Positions 41,262-51,217 of a DNA stretch of 64,000 nt are shown piece by piece; within the stretch, counting starts at the first letter, position 1, and each line of letters opens with the position of its first letter. The DNA is from an uncultured Verrucomicrobiae bacterium (GTDB lineage Bacteria > Verrucomicrobiota > Verrucomicrobiia > Chthoniobacterales > UBA10450). The position numbers and the translations under genes are program-made. The stretch spans positions 576,001 through 640,000 of the forward strand of contig CAVSDR010000006.1 in NCBI GenBank assembly GCA_963726745.1. Direction: 5' to 3'. The notes beneath the pieces are model-generated. The model had not been told where the DNA came from. It saw only the letters and a program-made list of their open reading frames with translations, and searched no databases.

Positions 41262-44039
41262 CTACCGCGGCGCGAACTCGAACTCTGCCTTGTCCTTCTT
41301 CTGCGAAAGGATGAGGTGGGCGGCGAATTTATTGCCGCGCTTGGACACGAAGTCCTCGATCAAGGGCGACTTGCCATCTTTTAACAGCGCTTTCACTTCC
41401 TCGGGTGTGATCTCGTGCTCGCAGAGTTTCTTGGTCAGCTTGAAGACCTCGCGGTTGTCCTGGTCCGGCTTACGCACGTAGTAGTTTTCGTCCAGCTCCA
41501 CCAGCTCGCCGCCGTGGACCTTGCTCTCGCCGATCACTTTCGCCTTCGAGAGATCGGCCTTGGCGCGCGCCTTCCGCTCGACCGGCTTCCCGTCTTTCCC
41601 GGTCTTCGCGGCGCGCGGCGGGAATTCCCAACGAATCTTCTCGTCCGCCTTGACCAGGAAGGCGTCAAAAGGCCGGTTCTTTTTCGAAGTGAAACCTTGG
41701 AGCAAATCGGTCTTTCCCTGCTCCACCAGCTTGATCGCCTGCTCGCGCGGGATCTCCTTCTTGCACATCAACCGCGGCAGCCGGAAGGCCTGCTTCCACT
41801 CACCGTTTTCCTGCTCGCGCAGGACGTAGTTTGAGCCGACTTCGCAGAGCTCCGCGCCGGTCGCCGGATCGGTCCAGAAGGATTCCACCGAGCCGAGGTC
41901 GACCTTGTCGCCGAAATCGTATTCCGCTTTCCACTTCGCGGTCTTTTCGTCCTTCACCAGGCGAAGGGTGGCGGCAAAACTATTGCGCGTTTTCGCCGAG
42001 ATGAAGCCGTCGAGCGGCCCGACGCTTCCCTTTTCCACCAGCTCGCGGATTTCGCTCTCCTCCATTTTCCGGCCGCCGATCACCTTGTAGAGCATGAACT
42101 CGCCGTCCTGCGACTTGTAGCCGCGCAGGGTTTCGCGCAGCGGTTTGCCATCGGTCGGCGAAAGGATGTCCGTCTCGCGCGCGACCGAGTCGTCTTCCTC
42201 GAAACCCTTCACCCGCGCCACGATTCCTTTCGTCTCCTCGACGATCTCGGCCATGAATTTTGCGCGTGGGAATTTCCCCTGCTCCATCAGGCGCAATTGA
42301 TGTTCCCATTCGCCCGTCATCGCCGGGCTGGTGATATCGGTCGCCTTCACCGCGGTGAGGAACTCGATCAACTGCTCGGCCTTTGCCGTGGGCACGAGCT
42401 CGCGCTGCTGGCGGTCCATATACTTCTGGTAGATCAGGCCGTCGATCGTGTCGGCGCGCGTGGCCGGAGTGCCGAGGCCGCGCTCTTTCATCGCCTCCGC
42501 CAGCTCCTCGTCCTCGACCAATTTGCCGGCTGTTTCCATCGCGGAAAGCAGCGTCGCTTCGGTGTAACGCGGCGGCGGCTTGGTCGCTTCGCTGTGGAGC
42601 GTGGCTTCGAGTGTCTTTGCCTGCGCGTTGTCTTCCTTGGACAACGCAGGAAGCGCCTTGTCGTCATCGACCGTGCCTTTGCCGTAAACTTCCAGCCAGC
42701 CAGCACTCGTTAGGACTTTGCCTTCGGTCTTGAACTTGTGGCCCGCGACCACGCTCAGGCGCGTGGTCACATCGAACTCGGCCGCCGGATAGAAAACCGC
42801 GATGAAACGGCGCGCGACCATGTCGTAGATCTTCGCCTCGGATTCATCGAGGTTCTTCGCCTCGGAAGCGGTCGGGATGATCGCAAAGTGATCGCTGATC
42901 TGCGCGTTGTTGAAGATGCGCTTGTTCGGCCGGACGTAATCCTTCGCCAGCGCCTTCTGCGCGTGCGTCCCAAGATTGCCGGCTAAATTAGCCAGCGTTT
43001 CCTTGACCGTGGGGATGTAATCCTCCGGCAGCGCGCGCGAATCGGTGCGCGGGTAGGTGAGCATCTTGTGCTTCTCGTAAAGTGCCTGCGCGATCTGCAG
43101 GGTGCGCTTGGCCGAGAAACCAAAACGGCCATTGGCCTCGCGTTGCAACGTCGTCAAGTCATAGAGCCGCGGCGCGATCTGCGAACTCCCTTTCTTCTCT
43201 TCCGAGACCTGCGCCAGCGGCTGGCCGGCGCATGCCCTAACGACTGCTTCTGCTTCCGCCTGCTCCCAGACGCGATCGATCCGGTCGTGCTCGTCGTTCT
43301 CCGCGCGCTTGAAATTGGCCCGCTGGAAAACGCCTTCGTAAGTCCCCTGCGCGATCTCGAATTTTGCAGTCACGCGCCAGTAATCCCGCGGCCGGAAATT
43401 CCGGATTTCGAGCTCCCGCGCGTAGACCATCGCCAGCGTAGGCGTCTGCACGCGGCCGACGGAAGCGACGTTGCCGGCGCGCGAGCCGAACATCCGCTTG
43501 GTGATCGCGCGGGTGCCGTTGATCCCGATGAGCCAGTCGCTCTCGCTGCGGGAGCGGGCGGCATCGGCCAGGCCCTGCATCTCCGCGCCATCGCGCAGGC
43601 GGGTGAAGCCATCGCGGATCGCCTGCGGGGTCATCGATTGCAGCCAAAGCCGCTTCACCGGGTGCTTGTTCTTCGCCAGCTGCGTGAGGTAGGCGAAAAT
43701 CAGTTCGCCCTCGCGGCCGGCGTCGCAGGCGTTGATCACTTCGGTCACGTCCTTGCGGGCGATGAGTTTTTTGAGCGTGTTGAATTTATCCTTCGAACTT
43801 TCGCTCGGCTTGAGCTCGAATTTCTCCGGGATGATCGGGAGCGTCTCGAGCCGCCAGAAGCCGTATTTCTTCTTGTCGATGTCCTCCGGCATGAGGAGTT
43901 CGGCCACGTGGCCAACGGCGGAGGCGACGATGTATTGCTCGTTCTCGAAGAAGTCGCCCTTCTTCGGAATCTTGCCCAAAACGCGCGCAATATCCGCGGC
44001 GACGGAAGGCTTCTCAGCAATGATCAATGACTTAGACAT
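41262..44039 (-). CDS. topB: Type IA DNA topoisomerase (topoisomerase III-like) with C-terminal repeats
   Basis: IAEKPSVA, ACDAGREGE, GRVQTPTL, TYPRTDS and GLGTPATRA motifs; repeated GFxSKxxxxFxAxL. Confidence 0.88.
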   Translation of the reverse strand: MSKSLIIAEKPSVAADIARVLGKIPKKGDFFENEQYIVASAVGHVAELLMPEDIDKKKYGFWRLETLPIIPEKFELKPSESSKDKFNTLKKLIARKDVTEVINACDAGREGELIFAYLTQLAKNKHPVKRLWLQSMTPQAIRDGFTRLRDGAEMQGLADAARSRSESDWLIGINGTRAITKRMFGSRAGNVASVGRVQTPTLAMVYARELEIRNFRPRDYWRVTAKFEIAQGTYEGVFQRANFKRAENDEHDRIDRVWEQAEAEAVVRACAGQPLAQVSEEKKGSSQIAPRLYDLTTLQREANGRFGFSAKRTLQIAQALYEKHKMLTYPRTDSRALPEDYIPTVKETLANLAGNLGTHAQKALAKDYVRPNKRIFNNAQISDHFAIIPTASEAKNLDESEAKIYDMVARRFIAVFYPAAEFDVTTRLSVVAGHKFKTEGKVLTSAGWLEVYGKGTVDDDKALPALSKEDNAQAKTLEATLHSEATKPPPRYTEATLLSAMETAGKLVEDEELAEAMKERGLGTPATRADTIDGLIYQKYMDRQQRELVPTAKAEQLIEFLTAVKATDITSPAMTGEWEHQLRLMEQGKFPRAKFMAEIVEETKGIVARVKGFEEDDSVARETDILSPTDGKPLRETLRGYKSQDGEFMLYKVIGGRKMEESEIRELVEKGSVGPLDGFISAKTRNSFAATLRLVKDEKTAKWKAEYDFGDKVDLGSVESFWTDPATGAELCEVGSNYVLREQENGEWKQAFRLPRLMCKKEIPREQAIKLVEQGKTDLLQGFTSKKNRPFDAFLVKADEKIRWEFPPRAAKTGKDGKPVERKARAKADLSKAKVIGESKVHGGELVELDENYYVRKPDQDNREVFKLTKKLCEHEITPEEVKALLKDGKSPLIEDFVSKRGNKFAAHLILSQKKDKAEFEFAPR

Positions 44040-44087
44040 TCGCGTGCGCACCCCGAGAGGTGAGGCAAACAACTGACGCCGGCGGCC

Positions 44088-45192
44088 CTAGCCGAGTTTG
44101 ACGAAATATTTTCCCGGCAGCTGTTTGACGAGCCGTTTTAGCTCAAGGCGCAGGAGGGTAGAAGAGACGCTCCCGCTTGGCAAATTGGATTTTGCCGCGA
44201 TGTCGTCGATGGAAGTTTCGGTTTCGCGGATGGCTTCGAAAACGCGGCGTTCGTCTTCCGTCAGCTCAGGCAAGGGGCGCGCGGCCGCTTCCGGCGCGGG
44301 CTTGGTGTCGGGGAGGAGGAGATTCAGATCGTCGAGAATGTCGCCCGCTTCCGCGACCAGTTTGGCGCCCTGCTGGATCAAACGATTCGAACCCTGCGCG
44401 CTCGGGACATTGATGTGGCCAGGCACAGCGTAGACCGCGCGTCCCTGGTCCAGCGCCTGGGTCGCGGTGATGAGCGCGCCGCTGTTCAGCCCGGCTTCGA
44501 CGACGAGGATGCCGTGGCTCCAACCGCTGATGATGCGATTCCGCATCGGGAAGGTTTGGCGGTCCGGCTCCACCGTCATGGAAAACTCCGAGACGACCGC
44601 GCCGCCGCCGCTCGCAATTTTCTCGGCGAGGCCGGCGTTCTCCGGCGGGTAAAGCTTCATTAAACCGGAACCGATCACGGCAATGGTGCGGCCTTTCGCG
44701 GCGAGCGCGCCCTGATGCGCGGCGGTGTCGATTCCGCGCGCGAGACCGCTGACAATCGTCAGTCCCGCATAGGCCAACTGGTAGGCTAATTTCTTCGCGC
44801 TCTCGCTGCCGTAATGCGTCGTGCGACGGGAGCCAATCACGCCGATGGCGTGGCGGTCGCGCTCGAGGAGTTCGCCCCAGACGTAGAGCACGATCGGCGG
44901 CGCATGGATCTCGCGCAGTTGCCGCGAATACATCGGCGATTCCGCGGTGATGACCGTCGCGCCGAAATCGCGGATGCGCTGCCAGTTCCGCCGGCAAGAT
45001 CGACCGCGAGCTTTCCCAGTCGACGATCTGCGCCGCGACTTCCGCACCGATCCCTTCGACTGCGCGCAGCGCCGCGCCTTTTGCCTGGAGGACGCGCTCG
45101 GGCGTTTCGAAAACCTCGAGGAGCTTCCGCAGGCGCACCGGCCCCATCTTCGGGAGCATGTTCAGCGCGATGCAGGCCTCGGTGGAGTTCAT
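44088..45192 (-). CDS. dprA: DNA-processing protein DprA, frameshifted near 44985-45010
   Basis: IGSR, SGLARGIDTAAH, FPMRNRIISG, VVEAGLNSGALITA and GSNRLI motifs. Confidence 0.93.
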
Positions 45193-45270
45193 CTGCGAGC
45201 GCCGGTCGAGGACCGCGAGAAATTAGCCGGCAAGTTCATGGGGGAACCACCGATCGAGGAAACCCGGAGG

Positions 45271-45756
45271 CTAGAACGGAATCTCGTCGTCGTCCGGCTC
45301 GCCTTGCGGCGGGCGGGAAGGCGGAGCGCTGCTGGAGCGGTTGCTCGAGCGTTGCGGAGCCTGGCCGCTGCCGCGGCTTTCGCCGCCGCTGCCCGGACCT
45401 TCGTCGTCTCCGCCAGCGCCGGGCCGGCCACCGAGGAGCTGCATGGCTTCGCCGATGACCTTGAGCTTGGTGCGCTTTTGGCCGGACTGCTTGTCGTCCC
45501 AGGAATCCATCTGCAGGCGGCCTTCGATCAAGACCGGGCGGCCTTTCTTCAAATATTCTCCAGCGATTTCCGCGGTGCGCCCCCAGAGGGTGACGTCCAC
45601 AAAAGTGACTTCCTCGCGTTTCTCGCCGGCGTCGGTCGAGTAAACGCGGTTCACCGCGAGACCGATATCGGTGACCGCGCTGCCCTTGGGCGTGTAACGC
45701 ACCTCGGGGTCGCGGGTGAGATTCCCCATGAGGATGACTCGATTAAAGCTGGCCAT
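45271..45756 (-). CDS. ssb: Single-stranded DNA-binding protein
   Basis: NRVILMGNLTRDPE and C-terminal DDEIPF. Confidence 0.96.
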   Translation of the reverse strand: MASFNRVILMGNLTRDPEVRYTPKGSAVTDIGLAVNRVYSTDAGEKREEVTFVDVTLWGRTAEIAGEYLKKGRPVLIEGRLQMDSWDDKQSGQKRTKLKVIGEAMQLLGGRPGAGGDDEGPGSGGESRGSGQAPQRSSNRSSSAPPSRPPQGEPDDDEIPF

Positions 45757-45774
45757 CCGGCAGTTCTACTGAGG

Positions 45775-46107
45775 TTACTTCTCGGCCGCGACTTTTTTCG
45801 ACGAACCCTCGGAAGCCTTCGGCTTCAGGCGCTGGTAGTGCTGGCGATAGACTTCCGGGTCGAGCTTGAACTTCGAGCGCAGCTTGGTGATGAGCTGCGA
45901 ATCGGCGTGGAAGATGAAGTTCACGTAGTAGCCGCTATCGAGTTCGCCGGCCTGGTAGGAGAACTGCCGCTTGTCCATCTTCTGGACCTGCTCGACGTCG
46001 GCGCCTTCCTTGTGAAATTCGCCCTCGAGACGGTCGACGATGTCTTTAACGGTGTCCTCTTTGCCCTGAGCGTTCAGGACCAGCAATGCTTCGTAACGAT
46101 TCTTCAT
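45775..46107 (-). CDS. rpsF: 30S ribosomal protein S6
   Basis: RYEALLVL, RQFSY and GYYV motifs; located between pth and ssb. Confidence 0.88.
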   Translation of the reverse strand: MKNRYEALLVLNAQGKEDTVKDIVDRLEGEFHKEGADVEQVQKMDKRQFSYQAGELDSGYYVNFIFHADSQLITKLRSKFKLDPEVYRQHYQRLKPKASEGSSKKVAAEK

Positions 46108-46685
46108 GATTCCGGAAATTTGTTGAAGGTGTTCATCGCGGAAAGCAGCCCATTGTCAATGACGCACTTCACCGCCTCGGCCGCGCGCGCGACCGTTTTC
46201 TCGACCAAAGGCTGCTCTTCCGGGAAGAAGCGGCCGAGGACGAAATCGACCGCGCCATGCTCCGGCGCGGCGCCGATGCCAACGCGCAGCCGCGGGATCT
46301 GGTCGCTCCCGAACGAGACAATGATCGAGTCGATTCCATTATGCCCGCCGGTGCCGCCGGCGAGGCGCAGGCGCAGGCGGCCGAGCGGCAGCGCCATGTC
46401 ATCAAAAACAGCCAGCACTTCCTCCGGCTCGATCTTGTAGAATTGCGCCACCGCCGCGAGCGGAACGCCGCTGCGGTTCATGTAGCTCATCGGTTTAACC
46501 AGCAGGATGTCGCCGGTCTTGGCCCAGTGCGCGCCCCATTTCGCGGAGCGCTCCCACGGAACCCGCGCGTCCGCCGCCAGGCGGTCGAGGACCATGAAGC
46601 CGATGTTGTGACGCGTGCGCTCGTATTCGGCCCCGGGATTGCCCAGGCCCACGACCAGCCGCACTCGTTTCGGTTCGCCCGGCAC
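46104..46685 (-). CDS. pth: Peptidyl-tRNA hydrolase
   Basis: VGLGNPG, TRHNIGF, KPMSYMNRSG, GGHNG and RLRVGIG motifs. Confidence 0.96.
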   Translation of the reverse strand: MPGEPKRVRLVVGLGNPGAEYERTRHNIGFMVLDRLAADARVPWERSAKWGAHWAKTGDILLVKPMSYMNRSGVPLAAVAQFYKIEPEEVLAVFDDMALPLGRLRLRLAGGTGGHNGIDSIIVSFGSDQIPRLRVGIGAAPEHGAVDFVLGRFFPEEQPLVEKTVARAAEAVKCVIDNGLLSAMNTFNKFPES

Positions 46686-46725
46686 TTCTCGTTAGGCGAG
46701 AAAAACGCGCGTCGCAGCCGGCCGG

Positions 46726-47389
46726 CTACTTCTTGGCGTCCTTGCCGGCAGCGTCGGCGTCTTCCTTCTTCTCCTTGATCACTTCCGGCGCGGCAGGCGC
46801 GGCCGCGGTAACCGCCGGCGTCTCCTCGACCGTCGGAGCCAGGACAGAGAAAGCCGTCAAATCGGCCGGCACGCGGGTGCTCACACCTTCCGGCAGCGGC
46901 AGCTCGCGCACGTGAATGGCGTCGCCGACGTTCAAGGCGGAGACGTCCACCTGGATGCGTATCCGGCAGGTCTTTCGGGAGACATTCAATCGCGAGCGTG
47001 CGCAGGTTCTGCTCGAGCAGACCGCCGAAATTCTTCACGCCATTGGAGGTGCCGACCGGCTCCAGCGGCACGTCCGCCTGGATCTTCTCGTCCATCGAAA
47101 CCGCGTGGAAATCGACATGCAAGACGTCGCCGCCGATCGGGGCGTGCTGCACTTCCTGGATGAGCGCGAGGCGGTTGGCCCCATCAATCTCCAGCTCCAC
47201 GAGAATGTTCTCGCCGGAGGCATGGCTCAACATCGTGGCGATCTCGCGTCGCGAGACCTGCAAGGCTTCCGGCTGGGACTTTGCCCCGTAAATGACGGCC
47301 GGGACGGAGCCTTCTGCCTTGAGTTTCCGCACCGCGGAGCGGCCGAGGGCCGTCCGGCGTTGCGCCGCGAGTTTCACTTGTTTTGCCAT
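46726..47389 (-). CDS. rplY: 50S ribosomal protein L25/Ctc, frameshift near 46958
   Basis: VPAVIYG, LHVDF, ECLPKDLP and DVSALNVGDAIHV motifs. Confidence 0.93.
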
Positions 47390-47534
47390 GATGCTGTCTA
47401 GTTCGGGGACGTTTTTTCGAGCTGGTATGTATTGCCGGGAATCGCCGTTTTGCAAAGGGAATCGGCAGCAATCTCCCGGCGACCTTTCTCGCACCGGTGC
47501 AGGGGAAACCCCAGGCCGCTCTAAGTCCGGCCAA

Positions 47535-47550
47535 TGGCACCCGGTCTGCT
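47535..47550 (+). promoter_or_regulatory. Candidate sigma54 (-24/-12) promoter of the pilin-like cassette
   Basis: TGGCACCCGGTCTGCT matches TGGCAC-N7-GC(A/T), 28 bp before ATG 47578. Confidence 0.6.
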
Positions 47551-47577
47551 TATCAAGAACGGGATTTCCGCACCGTA

Positions 47578-48090
47578 ATGATCCTCTCGAACGCCCAACG
47601 CCGCCAGACTTCCGGTTTCTCGATCGTGGAGATCTGTATCGCCGTGCTCATCAGCACGCTCTTCGGAGCGGCCGCCTTCATGGTGAACACGCAAATCCTC
47701 AACAGCCTGCGCTCCCAGAAGGAGACCGCCGCCGCCACGCTGGTGCTGCAACAGCGGATGGAAACCTTTCGCGCCACAGCTTTCTCCAACATCGCCGACC
47801 GCGATTACGTGAAAAGGAACATCCTCGTCATCCCGACCGGGTCCGAGGATGCGCTGCAGAACCTCACGGAAACCATGACCGTGGGCGTTTACCCACCGGA
47901 CGGTTCCATCAACACCGTCGTCAGCCGGGACCCCAATCACCCGAATGGGCAGAACGTGACGCAAAACAACAACCTCGCGCTGGCCAAGCTCCTGCGGGTC
48001 GACATCACGGAACAGTGGACGAGCACCAACGGGCGGTCCCGCACCCGGCAGCTAACGTCCATTTTCGGAATCGGAAACATCGCCCCATGA
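47578..48090 (+). CDS. Type IV pilin/pseudopilin-like protein (PilV-like)
   Basis: Class III signal RRQTSG|FSIVEICIAVLI followed by a hydrophobic helix. Confidence 0.8.
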   Translation: MILSNAQRRQTSGFSIVEICIAVLISTLFGAAAFMVNTQILNSLRSQKETAAATLVLQQRMETFRATAFSNIADRDYVKRNILVIPTGSEDALQNLTETMTVGVYPPDGSINTVVSRDPNHPNGQNVTQNNNLALAKLLRVDITEQWTSTNGRSRTRQLTSIFGIGNIAP

Positions 48091-48650
48091 AGAGAAATTT
48101 TCGTCCCACTGCGGGTATGACCCTGGTGGAAATCATGATCACCGTGGGTTGCGCCTCCATCCTCATGGCGGCGGTCTTGATCTCCGGAGTGGCCCTGCAA
48201 CGCAGTGCGATGGCCGCGCAGCAATACGCCATCGCCGAGGCCGACCAAATGCGAGTGGAAGACTATATCGCGATGGATTCCCGGCGTTGCGTCTCCGCGA
48301 CTGTGCTCAACAACACCGTCACCTTCAGCATTCCGACATACTACGACAATACGGGCGCCCCGTTGAACCCGACCTACGATGCGTTCGGCGGCATCGGCTA
48401 CGGCACCGGGACGGTTCCCATTTCTTATTACAAAAGCGGCGACACCTTCGTGCGGAACGTCAATGGCACCGAGAGCGTGGTTGCGAGTGACGTCGCCTCC
48501 TTCAACGTCACCCCGATCGATCTCACCTCGAGCCTGAGCTGCTCGATCACTTTCCTCCCGCGCTTCACCAATGTGGCGCCGCCCGCGCCCATCGCCGGGA
48601 CCACGGTTTACATCAACACCTTCCTCCGCAACGCCTCGGCCCGCCAATAG
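48087..48650 (+). CDS. Type IV pilin/pseudopilin-like protein (PilW-like)
   Basis: MKRNFRPTAG|MTLVEIMITV; ATGA overlap with the upstream gene. Confidence 0.82.
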   Translation: MKRNFRPTAGMTLVEIMITVGCASILMAAVLISGVALQRSAMAAQQYAIAEADQMRVEDYIAMDSRRCVSATVLNNTVTFSIPTYYDNTGAPLNPTYDAFGGIGYGTGTVPISYYKSGDTFVRNVNGTESVVASDVASFNVTPIDLTSSLSCSITFLPRFTNVAPPAPIAGTTVYINTFLRNASARQ

Positions 48651-48654
48651 CCCT

Positions 48655-50133
48655 ATGAAACTCGCAACCCCCAAACACCCCGCCGGCAGCGTCCTCGTTA
48701 CCACCATCCTCACGGTCACTTTGATGGCCTTGATCTGCTCGGCCGCCTTGGTCGTTACCAGCCAAACGGCGACTACTTCCATGCAGACAGCCAGCTGGCA
48801 TCAAGCCCTTACCGGGGCGGAAGCCGCTGCCGACCAGGCGATGAATGCCCTCAATACCGACAACTGGGCTGGCTGGTACACGGTCACTGGCGCCCCCTCG
48901 AAAAGTCAACCCTCCGGCGGAGTCGCCGCTACTGCCAAGCCGACCGCCGGCAAATACAACTATTACATCCCGCCGGCACTAACCGTCCCCGGCGAAGGCG
49001 GAACCAACCTGACGATGTGGACTACGGTCGACAATGGCGGGCTGCCATTGGATCAAAACGGCAACCAGGCGTTTCGAATCCGTGCCGCCGGAACGGCCGC
49101 AATCGCCGGCCCAGCCCGGGCCTCGATGAACAAGCTGGATAACCAGCTCCGAAAAATCAGCCTGATCCGCGATAACCAGGCCGGGACCACGGTGGCCAAT
49201 CCGCAGGCGACCCGGCGGATTGAAATCATTGCTCTCCCGGTGGCGCAAAGCATCTGGGTGCGGGCGATGTTGCTGCGCAATCAGATCACCATGAGCGGTG
49301 GTGGGATAATCGACAGCTTCGACTCCACCAACCCATTCAAATCCACCAATGGTCTCTATGATATAACCAAGCGCCAAAACCACGGCGACGTCGCCACGAT
49401 CAATACCAACGGCGCCTCAGACCTAAAGAACACCTACGTCTACGGATCGCTGGCCTACAGCGGAGCTGCGGTCAAGAACACGACCAATGTCCAGGGCACC
49501 ATCTCTACGCCTTTCACAGCGACCGTTCCCGACACGGTCAAACCGACCTGGCCCAACGGCACCTACACCTCTCTGAGCAACGGCAACCCTGGAACTCTGA
49601 CCGCAGGCACGAAGCTGAGTCCTGCGAAATACAAAATCGGAACTCTCACCGTTCCCGGCGGAAATGTGCTGACGATCAATCCTTCGAACTCTGGGGTTGA
49701 TAACAACTACATCGAGGTTTGGGTGACCGGAAAATTCACCACCTCCGGCTCGGGCTACATCACCCAGGACCCTAACGTGCACGTAAAGTATATCGTTGAA
49801 GGCGACATCACGGTGAGCGGAAGCTCGTTTAGTAATCAAAGCGGACTGGCGAAGAATTTGGAAATTGTGGGGATCGGCGCTGGTAAATGCACCATCTCGG
49901 GCGGCGGTAATTTTATCGGCACGATCAACGCCCCAGGCTACGACCTGACCGTGTCGGGCTCCTCCAATCTCAGCGGCGCCTTCATTGCCAACTCGATGAA
50001 CATCAGCGGCGGCGCGAGCGTGCACTACGACGAATCGCTCGCGAAGAACGGCACGAGCACCACGCTGGGCAACTACGCATACGGCAGCTGGTTCGAGGAC
50101 AACTCGGCTGCGAAACGCGGCCTGCTCTTCTAG
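48655..50133 (+). CDS. PilX/GspK-like protein with C-terminal G/S/T/N-rich beta-solenoid domain
   Basis: KHPAG|SVLVTTIL (no E5, as in PilX/GspK), ALTGAEAAADQAM, and C-terminal GTINAPG...GAFIANSMNISGGASVHYDESL. Confidence 0.75.
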   Translation: MKLATPKHPAGSVLVTTILTVTLMALICSAALVVTSQTATTSMQTASWHQALTGAEAAADQAMNALNTDNWAGWYTVTGAPSKSQPSGGVAATAKPTAGKYNYYIPPALTVPGEGGTNLTMWTTVDNGGLPLDQNGNQAFRIRAAGTAAIAGPARASMNKLDNQLRKISLIRDNQAGTTVANPQATRRIEIIALPVAQSIWVRAMLLRNQITMSGGGIIDSFDSTNPFKSTNGLYDITKRQNHGDVATINTNGASDLKNTYVYGSLAYSGAAVKNTTNVQGTISTPFTATVPDTVKPTWPNGTYTSLSNGNPGTLTAGTKLSPAKYKIGTLTVPGGNVLTINPSNSGVDNNYIEVWVTGKFTTSGSGYITQDPNVHVKYIVEGDITVSGSSFSNQSGLAKNLEIVGIGAGKCTISGGGNFIGTINAPGYDLTVSGSSNLSGAFIANSMNISGGASVHYDESLAKNGTSTTLGNYAYGSWFEDNSAAKRGLLF

Positions 50134-51110
50134 CCGCCGCCTGCGGAATCGCGGCTACTCGCCTTGATTTCGAAAAGCGACGAGACGGATTCGTCGTTGT
50201 GAATCCGGACAATCCCCTGGCCCAAAAGCTCGGAGATGCAGAGCACGGTGGTGGTGAAATTCTCCACCTTGCGCACCGGGGTGCTGTTGGTGGTGATCAG
50301 TTCCTTGATCTGCGAATTTTGCAGGCGCTCGGTAGCGAGATCGACCAGGACCGCATGGGCGACACCAGCGTAGATATCGAGCGCGCCGTGCGCCTTCAAG
50401 ATGGTCGCAGCCGAAGTGAGTGTGCCGGCTGTTTCGGTGATGTCGTCGACTAAAAGGACGTCGCAGCCTTCGACTTCGCCAATGACATAAAGCGCCTTGG
50501 TCTCGGTCGCGCTTTTCCGCTGCTTCGCCACGATCGCCAGATTGCAGCCCAGCGCCTGGGAGTAGGCCGAGGCCATCTTCAAGCCGCCTACGTCGGGCGA
50601 AACCACCACGGTTTTGCGGGTCAACTTCGTCCGGAGGTAATCAATCAAAACCGGCATGGAATAAAGATGGTCCACCGGGATATCGAAAAATCCCTGCACC
50701 TGCTGCGCGTGCAGATCCATCGTCAGCACGCGGCTCACGCCGGCGGCCGTGAGTAAATTTGCCACCAACTTGGCGGTGATCGGGACGCGCGGCTTATCCT
50801 TGCGATCCTGGCGCGCGTAGCCAAAAAACGGGATCACGGCCGTGATGCGGGCCGCGCTGGCCCGGCGGGCGGCATCGACCATGATCAACAGCTCCATGAT
50901 GTGCTGGTTGGTCGGCGGCGATGTCGGCTGAATGATGAAAACGTCGCGCCCGCGGATGTTTTCCTCGAACTTTACGTAGGTCTCGCCATCAGGAAATGAG
51001 CTGATCGTGGCCGCGCCCAGAGGCGCGCCGATCGAGGCGCAGATGCGCTGCGCAAGTTCCTGGTTCGCGGAGCCGGTGAAGATTTTTAGTTCGGGCTGAA
51101 GGGCGTACAT
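50130..51110 (-). CDS. prs: Ribose-phosphate pyrophosphokinase
   Basis: FPDGE, GYARQDRK, DLHA, VSPDVGG and VDDITETAGT motifs. Confidence 0.96.
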   Translation of the reverse strand: MYALQPELKIFTGSANQELAQRICASIGAPLGAATISSFPDGETYVKFEENIRGRDVFIIQPTSPPTNQHIMELLIMVDAARRASAARITAVIPFFGYARQDRKDKPRVPITAKLVANLLTAAGVSRVLTMDLHAQQVQGFFDIPVDHLYSMPVLIDYLRTKLTRKTVVVSPDVGGLKMASAYSQALGCNLAIVAKQRKSATETKALYVIGEVEGCDVLLVDDITETAGTLTSAATILKAHGALDIYAGVAHAVLVDLATERLQNSQIKELITTNSTPVRKVENFTTTVLCISELLGQGIVRIHNDESVSSLFEIKASSRDSAGGG

Positions 51111-51217
51111 GCGTCGAAAAAGCGGACGAGGAGCGCTAAGGTGGCGCGCCGAAAACGCGTTGGCAATCGATGAATCCTCTTGCGGAGGACGGTCGCGGCA
51201 CCGTTTAAAGTCGGACC

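Noticed and set aside
41262..45192. dprA next to a type IA topoisomerase as a novel system
   Set aside because: dprA-topoisomerase adjacency is a well-known conserved arrangement.
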